A DNA stretch of 64,000 bases from Spizellomyces punctatus DAOM BR117 (lineage: Eukaryota), in assembly GCA_000182565.2 (NCBI GenBank), contig KQ257455.1; one strand, given 5' to 3'. The translations under genes were made by a program, and so were the position numbers. Numbering within the stretch: position 1 is the first letter of the stretch; each line of letters opens with the position of its first letter. Shown piece after piece: positions 51,695 through 64,000 of this stretch. The notes beneath the pieces were generated by a model. That model worked only from the letters and a program-made list of their open reading frames with translations. It was not told where the DNA came from and did not search any database.

Positions 51695-51991
51695 ATCCTC
51701 GCACGCGGGTTTGTAGGGCCAGGTCAACGAACTATGTTACGCCATGCAGAAATAAAATGGGTCGCAAAGACGGATGCTGCTGAAATGGATCTCTAGATCT
51801 CTTGACGCGAAGCTTAAAAAATGGTTACACAGGGAAATGAAGTGACCGAGTCGCTCGGAGACAAATGTTATGCATTGAACTGACTGGTGAGGTGCACCTT
51901 GTGAGATAAAGTACCAATTACGTTGAGCAAGGGACGCAGTGGTAAGAATTAGGATTTATCAATTTGCGATAATGGCTTCATATATACATGG

Positions 51992-53177
51992 TCAATGACG
52001 AGACGCAGCTCCAAACCCAATTGGATCTTTCCCTGCTGCTATTCGTTCTTCCTCTTCTCTCAAAGCTGCATCTTGTCTCTTTAGTAAGGTCTGACCGATT
52101 TGCTTGGCAGTCTGCAAGTGTACCAATGCGAAACGTGAGAGTAAGAAATATGTAGGCAAGTAAAGGCGGTGCCATTGAATACGCATTCTGGACCAGTTCT
52201 TACCTGAACCATTTCAGCCAATAGACTTGGCTCGATACCACCATGTCCTCCCTTTTGGAGCGCGCACAGATTACCACGTCGATTTACAGCCACGGTTAAT
52301 CTTGCAGACGAACATAACTCTTCCAAGGGTGCTGCATCGACAATGTGACGGTAGCCAATCTATCAAAAAGGCACCAGGTGATGAGACACCTCTTTCAACG
52401 GTATAGATTCGGCTCGATCCTACCTTATTTAGCGATACACAAAGGGGTACATCTTCCCAGCCTCTGATTATCTCTGTTTCCTCATCTGCAATGTCAAACT
52501 CCACTCGTCCGTCCGACTGCTCTACCGTGGCACGAGGAATTCGGGTATTGTGCAGCGCTCCTCTGGTAGCCATGAATATAGCATCCAACAGGTTTCCTCC
52601 ATAATCCAAAACCAAGACGTCAATATTCAATATCCAACATGTTGACCCCGGAATAATACATAGCGCCTTCAAATCCACACCCCCATGGGACCCATTCAAC
52701 ACTCGATTCATGAATTGACTGTACTCATTGCACATATCTTCAATGTCGCGCGGTTCGAAAATGCGCGTTGCCGACGGTGAGCATTCAACATTACAAATTA
52801 TTCTTCCTCTGTCCTTGTCCTTCACCATCGTAATCCCATCATCTTGGTCCATTTGTTCCATGTCTTCCAAAATATCCGCCTCCTCTGCCTCGACCTCGGG
52901 TTCAATACTGCCAACTTCAACTTTTACGCCAACCAATATATCCGTCCCGCCATCAAGTGTAACTCGGCAAGATCCAGATGCTTGTGTTATCATGCCTGTC
53001 TCTAGGACAAGCTCGCGAAAATCCAGCCGAGAACGGCCATCCGCTCGAATAGAAACATCGACGCCTTTGGTTATATAGTCACTAAGGCATACAAAGAGTG
53101 AGTGATATGATGCAGATTAAAGATACCCTGAGCCTAGTAGGACTTTCAGATACGCACCGTTCGCTGACTGAAATCAT
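51992..53177 (-). CDS. RRP42: Exosome RNase PH-like subunit Rrp42, multi-exon
   Basis: MISVSER|DYITKGV...IRADGRSRLDFR...QASGSCRV, DILVGVKVE, DLKALCIIPG..CWILNIDVLVLDYGGNLLDA and VDAAPLEELC. Confidence 0.93.
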
Positions 53178-53516
53178 TTTACAAAATGCAGTGGGAGAGT
53201 AGATCGCAGGACAAGAGCCAACGAGTTCTGGTTGAGACTCGATCTTGCGCACGTGATGCAATTGTCATGGCAACAGCTGGTCCCACTCGCTTTGGTGTAA
53301 GTCAGTGCCCACTTCCGTTGAAGTGGTGCGTCTCAGACCTTTAGCAAGTTGCATAGACTTTGCTCATAAGAACTTTTGCATCTTTGGAACAGCTGCTGAC
53401 AGAATAAAGAGTTTGGAGCAAGACTGCCTTGATCCAGAATATCCATCCCCATCTCAATAATAAGTGGAAATCTAAGCTCAGTAATTCTCGCAATTTCGCA
53501 ATGAATATCAAAAATG

Positions 53517-54042
53517 CTATGCATTATGTCGAAAAAATTTGAGTCCAAGCCAGTTAAAGAATATGAAAAAGACAGTGACGGGTCCAAGCAATGGGATCAA
53601 GAATGTGTAATAGGTATCTGGTGCTACTCGACTGGAGGTCTGTCGAAAAGGATGGAAAGCTACTAGGTCAAGGTCTGGAAGCAGACAAGCATCTCCGTTT
53701 GCAAACCTACTTTTGTCGATATTGTTATGCTCTCCTTCCTTGGTCTCCCCAACGGAACCAGCATATACATTCCCACCACAAAGTAGATTCCAGTCGCAAT
53801 AAGGAGCATCCAACCATACAATGGGGTTCGGTCTGTAAGGGGAGACGATGGGAAGGAGAGCGAAAGTTTGGAACGCGGAGAAGGCGGTGAGCGGAGGGTT
53901 GGTTGTTGGCGATGGGAGGTCTGTGAAGACGGAATGTTGCGGAGCTTCAAAGATGGGATGGGAGGTGAAGAGGCGACTCTTGAATGCACGCCGTGATGTT
54001 TTCCTGTGGGAGAATGCGGTGATTGTGGAGCTGAAGACATGT
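53517..54042 (-). CDS. GPI-GlcNAc transferase subunit PIG-Y-like protein
   Basis: TM segment YGWMLLIATGIYFVVGMY and C-terminal DTYYTFLIPLLGPVTVFFIFFNWLGLKFFRHN. Confidence 0.75.
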
Positions 54043-54207
54043 CTGCCAACGTCGACTTGTGGCGTACAGCTTGACGCCAGGCGGGTTAAGTGTGGAGTTC
54101 AGACGCGACTGCACGCCGCCCATCAGACGCCAACGTCACCCACACTATACCATCTTGCGCGTTTTGTTTTCCATCCGCCCAAGTAAAATCGTCCAAACCG
54201 TGTAGCC

Positions 54208-55067
54208 ATGCCAGACTTTTTCGAGACTATGCAGCGTTCGTACGTCGACGTACCGATAGGTGCGAACGACTATGTCGAAGTACAGGCATTTTTGGAGGCG
54301 ACGGAGTCGTTGACGAAACTTTTCGGTGAGTAACGAGAATGAACTTGTGTTCTACGAATGCGTTGTCGTCCTGCTCCTTTTAGATAGAGCAGATGGCGAA
54401 CGTCAAGGATGTAGATGGCCACTTTTTCCAATAATGCTAAATTGCAGCTTGGTTTCACTCATATAGACTCCATGGGAACTGCATTCACCCCTGTAAAATC
54501 CGACTTGCAAGGCAACGTCGCGGTACGTCAATTATTTCTCGTTCGCTAAATGTTGTATTGCCCCTTTGACGTTGCCTTGAGTATAGAAACTCCGCGCAAG
54601 GTACAGCGAGAACCCTGAAAAGAACAAGACCTTGCAAGAACTAGTCATTACTGAGAGAGCGGAAGGCAAGAAGACAGCTACTGAAGGACTACTATGGTTG
54701 AAACGTGGCTTGGAATTCACCGCCAAGGGGCTGCGACGGAATCTGGACGACAAGAAGGAGGAGCTGAATGTCTCATTCTCTAAAGCGTATGAAGCTACAC
54801 TGTCCAAATTCCATAGCTTCATGGTGCGCCCAGTATTTACGGTAAGTTCAGTCGATATCCGAGGTGTGTAAACCGCGTTGCTGAGCGGCATCATGCGTCA
54901 TGTAGCTCGCTATGAAGGCCTGCCCGTACCGAAAGGACTTCTACGCAAAGTTAGGCTCAGATGAGGCAAAGCTGTACGTCGAGATGGAAAAATGGCTGGC
55001 GGCACTGGAGAAGATTGTGGCTATTTTGAACGCTTTCTACACTCAAGGAGGATACGAGAAGTTTTGA
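54208..55067 (+). CDS. Glycolipid transfer protein (GLTP/HET-C2-like), multi-exon
   Basis: FLEATESLTKLF, AFTPVKSDLQGN, ATEGLLWLKRGLEF, AYEATLSKFHSFMVRPVF and AMKACPYRKDFYAKL. Confidence 0.95.
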
Positions 55068-55230
55068 ATCAGCTTGCTTGTATTCAACTTATGTACACAA
55101 ATTTACACGTCGAGGCAAAAAGTACCCAATAAATGTACTGCAGGTGTATTGCGTTGGACCAGCTGTGAATTCAGTCCGACTATTACGTTGTAGAAATGCT
55201 AATTGTTCAAGTGCGACGGCATATGGACGG

Positions 55231-56184
55231 CTACTGAAGAACTCCCGTCGCTTCAAGCTCCTCGGCGATATCCGTTGGTTTCAGTACAACCTCTTCAACA
55301 ATGGCATATCGGAGCAGGCGTTCAAGAGAGTCACGATGCAGTAGTTGTAGTGCTTCGCCCAGAGGTATTTTGCGTGTCTACACGGACATGGATATTAAAA
55401 ACGACGGTGCAGATACAGATTAACGCGTCCACCGATTGTCACCTCTTCTGGTTCTGATTCATCATTCAATCCGGTCGTAGCTGCGTCACCGGCATCTGCT
55501 CCATTTTCTTCCTCATCGAATGGGTTTCCGGGATCAGGCTTCGTGTCTTCGGTTGCGATATCCTGGCTTCCTCCATTTACCACCTGCTCAATCTGCTTTC
55601 TCATTGTTTCTTCTTGTGTTCTCCAGGTTGTGGTAAATCGGTCCTCCAAAGGCTCCTTTGAGGCGGTCTTTTGTAATGTTGATTGCTTTTCTTTCGTGCG
55701 TGAGTCTAGTGTTTTTGACTTTGTTGTTCGTGGCTTTTTGCCACCGGTCTCCTCTTTGTCACCCGCATCCTGAGGGCGAACTTCACTTTTCCGCTTCAAT
55801 TGTCTCTTGGACTGTTCACGCTTGGTGGTTGACTTGCCTTTCGCTGTGAGGTTGGGAGATGGTTGCGAGCGCGTCGTGGACGACTTTTGGGCGGGTGATC
55901 TCTCCTCCAGGGTCGTTGACGGGGTCGTCGGGAGAGATTTATAAGAGATAATTGTTGGGCCGCCCCATCTCTTTTGCACGACCGGTGTAATGCCTGATAC
56001 GAGGATCACAAAAATGAGCTTCCTCACACGCCAAATTGACGTTGACGTCTGTACCTTGAGCGGCGTACGACCGTCGAGTACACAGTCTTGTTGAAGTGGG
56101 AGTAGAAGCTTCACGTGTTAGGTCACCATCGGTGCGGGATGCTGAAGGCGTTGAGGGCTTTGGTGATATTGTTTTTCTCGCCAT
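55231..56184 (-). CDS. Hypothetical Lys/Ser/Thr-rich protein, about 3 exons
   Basis: Long ORF 55395-56114 with flanking GT-AG introns and a terminal exon TRKIPLGEALQLLHRDSLERLLRYAI. No recognised domain. Confidence 0.55.
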
Positions 56185-56309
56185 GTTGGCCAGCAATCGC
56201 CGTGGGGAAGTTAGTTGCGAACTCGCTATGAGCGCTCCAAGCCACAAAGTCCCAGATCGATGTTTACATAAGCGGCATAGAATGGCACCGCGCGTCACCA
56301 AAACTTCTA

Positions 56310-57061
56310 ATAGTGTGCAGGTGGTAGAAAATGTCACTAGGGACAAATTCTCCCTCCAACCCACTACAGCCGGTTCTAATTTACAATTAGCCAGCCTGTC
56401 CAACCCTTCATAACCTATTCTGCAAACGAGTCCCACCCCTATCCTAACTCGCTACAGATTCCGGCCTGGGTTGAACTGGGGTACGTGCAAAGCAGCACGA
56501 TTCCACTAACTAACTACCACTAGGCCCAATTACACATTACGGTTTTTCTAACCGGGTAACTAAGCCCACCACGACGAGAGAAATCCTACTAAGCCCTTGA
56601 TTCCGAAATTCTTTAGTTGGAGGATGTTCTGATACTAGTAAAATCAGAATAATTAGACTGGATAATCCGCGTGGGAAAATACAAAGATAATGCATACCTG
56701 CGATCGTAGCAGTATAGTAGTAGCAGCGTTTGCAAGGGGTTATGTTGTTTTTGTCGGGAGGGCGAGGTCCTCGGCACCACCACATCTGTATTCTCATGAT
56801 TCAACCGACAGTCGTGATGAGAAGAGTTGCACAGATGCTTGCGAGTCGAGGATGGGTAAAGAGGAAAGGGGAAAGAGACAGAAGGTCCCCCTTTTATAGA
56901 CCTTTGGCATGCGCCTCACCGCAGTTTAAAAAAAACATTAGCATGCCACACCGCAGTTTGGAGAACATTAGTAGGCTGCTTTCAGCGATGGGGGGTTCTG
57001 ATTATGCGATATGATTAACCGGATTATCCGGAAAATAATGGGTCTTAGTGCCATTTTCAAT
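56310..57061 (-). mobile_element. Non-autonomous TIR element, copy 3 (divergent; outer part of right TIR missing)
   Basis: Left end atagtgtgcaggtggtagaaaatgtcacta matches the family TIR. About 56835-57061 is closely similar to about 25490-25735. Flanked by an 11-bp direct repeat, aacttctaata (56302-56312 and 57063-57073). Confidence 0.8.
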
Positions 57062-57313
57062 TAACTTCTAATAAGATAGGAGCATACACGATATAGAAAA
57101 AGGGAGGGGATAGCAGAATTATATACAAAGAGGCTACTCAAGTAATGCAAAAGGAGAGGTGAATATACAACAAATGCTCCAGCGAAAATTACGACAAAAA
57201 AACGGTGGGGTCACCGAGTCCTTCTCCGGTTCGTCGACTTTGAATGTCCAAAAGATGGAGGACTGAGGCTTTTCATACCTATTGGACTGGTATATATAGC
57301 TAGTTGATACATG

Positions 57314-58481
57314 TCACACGTTATCACTTGAGCCAGCGACACTATCGCCAAGGAGGGGTGTTGACTCTGTCGCTTCCGTTGGACATGTATCTTGCTTACA
57401 AATAGGGCAGGTTCGTTTCCGCTGCGTAAGCCACCTGTAAAGTTGACAGCAATGCAATCAATGATACAGCTCCGGAAGGCAACTAGAAATTTCGATACTT
57501 ACTTATCAACACAGTCGACGTGAAATTCGTGCTTACACATAAGTATTCGTATTTGTTCCCCTTCCTGAAAGTCTTCCAGGCATATCGCACATCGTATTGG
57601 CTCATTTTCTTTCCCCCCTTCCATGCTGAACACCCGTGTCGGCAGATTCAGAACCAATCGCATTGGTGCCAATTCCTGTTGCCGTCGCAGATATTGTCGA
57701 TAACTCCACATAATGTACATACAGATCATTACAGCCGCAGGCGACACGACCGTGACGATAATGATCTCCAGCAAAGGAACATCAAGATCATTTGGTATCA
57801 ACAAAACTTCAACGCCCGGCCCATACCCGTATTGGGCGTTTGCTTCGCGTTGCAATTGCTCGTAATCAAGCAATGAGACAAAGACCGAGGGAACTGTTAT
57901 ATCTGATGTGTTACCGGTAGCGAACATGGTGATTAGGCCGGAGTGAGGTGTGTGATCTCCAACAATAACGGACTTGGCGCCGCTCGCTTGCATGGCGCGA
58001 ACTTTATCCACAAATCCACACTGCCCTCGCTGCACGAGAGCTATCCAGTTTGAGAGCCCAGTCGCTGAAACTGGGGTGCATCCAGTGTTCTTTCCGTGCG
58101 TGTCAAGCTTGGAAACGGACACCAAAAATCCCAACAAACCCGGATCTGGTAGCTGTGGCCCAAATGCCGCCAATCGATCCTACACAGCAGGTCATGCATG
58201 AGTTAGCAATTGTCAATTATCACCATTTGATCTGAATCAGGGGAAGAACCCAAGATACTTACTTGACATGAGACGTTATTTCGCAAGACAATAATCTTTC
58301 CCTCCGCAAAAATTCCATTCGCCACTGGAAGCCTCGGATTGAATAATCCTGGAGACGGCAGAGAGGTTGCGAACATTGCTAGCAGTTGTAAGCAGAAAAG
58401 AACTCGTAGAACGTGTCTTGACAGACTTGAAAGGATGGCAGCATGTTGTGGGAGTGAGAGCGATTGGGGGACAGTTGGCAT
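57314..58481 (-). CDS. PA-TM-RING E3 ubiquitin ligase (RNF13-like), 3 exons
   Basis: Hydrophobic N-terminus, AAFGP, PA domain IALVQRGQCGFVDKVRAMQASGA, a TM helix and RING-H2 CAICLEDF...CKHEFHVDCVDK|WLTQRKRTCPICK. Confidence 0.93.
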
Positions 58482-58776
58482 TATCGGACAGCGCAGCTAC
58501 GTAGAAACTTGGGGGGTGGGTATAATTGTTCCTCAAGGGCGACAAGCTGCGCCTTGAGTGTGGTGAGGATAAAGCAGTGCGGAAATGCCGGATGAGGTCG
58601 GGCTTGTTTCTTCGTTGTAAGATGGATAATGGAGAACCGCGGGGGGGCATTAGGTCACGCCAAGTGGCTTCCCAATGTGACTGCAATGATGGTGACATCC
58701 GTTAGGCACGCGTTTTCCAGAACTGCAGGATCTCGTCTCCATTTCGGCTGCACACACCCAAGGGCTGCATTTTATT

Positions 58777-61700
58777 ATGTCCAACGACGATGCTAATTCT
58801 GTATCGTCTTCGGAATTCTCTGTGCTTGATGCCTTGAGCGGATCAGAAAAGTTTGTAAAGGTATCCATCCATGCAGCCCAGTGATCATGGAAATACCCGC
58901 TTACACACGCTATGTAGGGCAATATAACTTTTGACTGGCGTGGACTTCCACCGAACATTGTAGCTGCATTACCTGACCCACCCCCCTCCGCAAAGCGATA
59001 TTTGAAGCGAAGGGTCAAAAATGGCACTGATGATATCTTTTCGAGAAACCAGACTTACATCTCTGACAAAGTTGCAGAATGGGCTAGCAGATCACAGAAG
59101 AATGAAGGTATTTTCATCAACGTAGTTTGTTCGCCATCTGCAAGGCCTCACACGTTTGTGAGAAGATATCCAAGCATCACGTCAGGAAGCGACAGAAAAC
59201 CCTTTTATCCTGGAAGCCAAAGCAATAGAGCCGGAGCACACCCAACGGCCTTTTCCGTTGGCAGATGTCCAGTCAAAGGATCCAGAAAAAGTCTATACTT
59301 TCAATAACTGCCAATTTTCTTATGCTGGAAATGGCAAAAATGATGCGTTCCGTCAGGCGGACGAGTCTGTCGCCGTGGAGGAGAAGCCCGTTGCGAGCCA
59401 CTCAATTGTCGTGGACAGTAGAGATTCCACCGAACGGCTACTCAATACGGGAGAGCTGGGTGCTCAGCATCATACACGCAATCGAGATGTGTCTGCATCG
59501 AAAATAATCCCGGAGGGCGAACCCAACGGTGACATCCTAGGTAGGTATTGTGTTTGTATTCTTTCACCTCACAATTGGCTCACATTATGATCTTTTGCCA
59601 GATCTGGGAAATGACGAGTTAGGCAGACTCTTTGAACAACTCCACCTAATAAAATCTGGTGCGGAAAAAATAGCGCATAATCGAAAATCCGTTCACGAGC
59701 ATGAGAGGAGAGGACACTCACTTTTGCACGAGGCAAAGGGCCGCAAATATAAGGTGAGAGAAGTGCAGAATATCTCAGAGTCATGCGCTTGTAACTCAAC
59801 GAACCAACAGTATTCTTTGACGCATTCAGCTGACGAACCTGAGCTGTCTCTGACCGATCTTGCGGCTTCGGAGAAACCCAGAACTGAACGACCACCTGAG
59901 GCAGGTCAACGGGAACATGTTAACAGGGTCTAAATACTTGGTGCTGAACTGTCTGTTATCACCCAGCCTGCACCGTTCGAACCACATCAAAACCCAATAC
60001 CTGGACGTTCAATGAGCCTGGAGGACAGTCGTGGTAGAGGACGTGTAAGTCCCGAGTTTTGGATGACTGCTACGGAAGGATCTTGACAAGTTGGATGAAA
60101 GATAGCCTGTCAGATCCTCGCAACGTGACGGACTGACTCGTGAGACACATCAGCGAATGCTCTTGAAAATACATAGCGAACTGAGCGAGCTCGCTCACCG
60201 ATTGAAAAAGAAACGTCGCGCAGCAGACTTAAAAGAGCAACAGCTTGCAGCTAAGGAGAGGCATCTTCAGACCCGAGAAACACATATTTTGAAAGAGGTG
60301 GAAAAACTCGTCACTCTACGCCTGGCAAAGAAGGAAGAGGTTCTAAAAAAGGTCCGTCTGGCGATGCTCAACACCGGTGCTTGTCGAGTGACCCACGCTC
60401 ATTTCAACATCAGGATGCGGAGGTGATTGTGGAACAGTATGATGACGCACTTACTACGACGGTGAAAGAGAATAAACGATTACAAGCCTCACTTCGTGAT
60501 CTCATTGCTGTCAACAGACAAATGCGCGAGCAGGTTAGGATGAATATCCCGTGGGGTCTTGCTGGTGGTTATGGTTTTACTGAGCAAGCCGTTTCCCGAA
60601 GGTCAGCAAGTTACAGGAAGATGCATGGGAAAGGGAGCGGGAGTTGGAGGAGCAACGAAACCAATTAAAACATGTAAGCCAGTAGTGTATTACTTTCCGT
60701 TACCGAATTGCTCCATTGAGAGACCTGAAGTCTCGTGACAGGAATCTCCGCTTGAAAGCTGCATTAGCCATCGGAAGGGCTAACAGTTCCACGGCAATCG
60801 TTTCGGTGAAGAAGGAGCAAGCAAGCAAATTAGAGGAAGCGAAGAAGATTATTTTAACTCAAGGACGGAAAACTACTCGAAATGGTGGGTGACTTAGCAA
60901 GATTATATCCGTTCGCCACCGCTAGCGTAGGCCTTAATGTCGTTGAATAGCCCGCACAGTGGAGACACAAACCCTCAATGTGGAAGAATCTATAAGGTCT
61001 GGGGACGATCTCAGGTCAAAGGTCAGATTCTCCAGTTATCTAAAAGTCTGAAATTTTTGTTGTTCATCTATATCTTTTTTTGACCATCAGCTCTCCGGCC
61101 TTCAGAAGATGCTTGCGTACCTGTTACAAACGCGATGCGCAAGGACGCGCAATCATCGTCAAGCCGCTGAAGGAACGAATGCGAATTCTGAAAACATTGG
61201 TGCATTACATGAGGCGATAGCCTCTACATTCTGCCATGTGACTCAAACGGAGGATCGAGACTCACCAAAGAACGTGGTGGACTGTGAACGTGCCAGCTGG
61301 ATAGAGTACTATTTGCAGTTCGTACTTGAATGCATGTTACGAGTTGGGTTCAGTGCAGCGCAGGTAATATACTTCGCTAGTGGCCTTCGTTCATGGTGGC
61401 GCTAATCAGTTTGCACATTCTGCTTGGACCTTCTAGAAGTACATAATATCTGTTATGGCGTATGAGGCATTTACTGGTTATATTAGAGGGACTTCCATCA
61501 ATGTACAGCCATCAGATGGAAGTCACAAAAGATCTCCCCCATTACTGGTCCAGGAGCAAACGACGCGCCTGGTCTTGTGTTTGATTATTTTGTCGGGTGT
61601 CACACAAATTGATGTGATAACAGCCATACTGGACAACATCGCGGCGGAGTTATCGACGGACGAAGTAAGTTGATTCAAACTTGACGCATATATGCACGTC

Positions 61701-62267
61701 TCATAACTGACGATTTTTTAAAGGGGAAAGGCATCTTTCTCAAGGCAAACGGCGTTGACGTCGTTCACATGTGCCTCCGCGATGTTGGCCATGATAATGT
61801 CCAACATTTGGCAAGTTCGATCTTTCTTACGCTCTGTGCTGAGGGAGGTAAGTAGAGCCAAATTTCCACTGATGGTATTTTCGGGCGGGTATTCATTCCC
61901 ATCCAAAGATTGGCTCGTAGACTTCATCGGGCAATGTAGCACAGTGGATGTCCTCGACTCTATTATTGTGGCGTTGGACTCTAGTAATCTTGGAACGCTA
62001 GAGAACATTTCAGTTGTCCTTCAGAAAATTTCAAAGCTTTCGTATGTGTGCAAGCGCTTTCGTTAAAGACCTGGCATTGTCAGCTAACTGTCGCTTTCCA
62101 GGGAAAATCGTACTTCGCTGCGCGAACGCCCGGATCTTGTTCCTCGATTGAAAGCAATAATTGATGGGACAGAGGAAGCATCCATCGTGTCACCACTGTC
62201 GGAATTTCTCATGATCAATATACGATCCATCCTGGCCAATGTAGATAATACAATAACTGTAATTTAG
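58777..62267 (+). CDS. Coiled-coil protein, CCDC138-like, multi-exon
   Basis: Coiled coil ...KENKRLQASLRDLIAVNRQMREQ and C-terminal LENISVVLQKISKL...FLMINIRSILAN, which resemble CCDC138 from memory. Many GT-AG introns. Confidence 0.55.
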
Positions 62268-62436
62268 AATACTCATTCAACACGTTTCATTTTGATTGCG
62301 TAAAACTAATTAGATGACTCACGATCACTGTGATTCAGATTTCAGCCGACCCAGCCGTGCTGTATATCTGCTGTGTATTGTCCCATCGTCTGCCCATCCC
62401 ACTGACCGTTTTCGTTGATAAAGACAAATATCAAGC

Positions 62437-64000
<1,564 letters not shown>

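Overview
This is a gene-dense, intron-rich eukaryotic window with short GT-AG introns, almost certainly from a zoosporic fungus (chytrid-like). Fungal markers (a velvet-domain regulator) sit alongside flagellar and centriolar genes (DNAI1, PACRG, MORN2-like, CCDC138-like). About 28 protein-coding genes were assembled by eye from the ORF track and splice signals, so exon boundaries are approximate. Most are housekeeping: LONRF, RAD51, GCP6, VPS39, POT1, Ariadne, BMT2, Rab5, ZW10, MED11, RRP42, PIG-Y, GLTP and PGI1. Four things stand out. (1) An intact bacterial-type maltooligosyl-trehalose synthase (TreY) carries two spliceosomal introns, which suggests a domesticated horizontal acquisition. 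(2) Three divergent copies of a ~750-850 bp element with ~30-bp terminal inverted repeats each carry a TATA promoter and a small spliced ORF of unknown family; two copies sit just upstream of host genes. (3) A stand-alone intact retrotransposon Gag/capsid ORF has no pol and no LTRs. (4) An ~18 kb compositional domain (about 25.8-43.8 kb) is rich in homopolymers and microsatellites and shows a repeating C/A-to-G/T strand skew across each exon. There is one 100-N assembly gap (30876-30975). No tRNA, rRNA or CRISPR features were recognised. No database searches were run.
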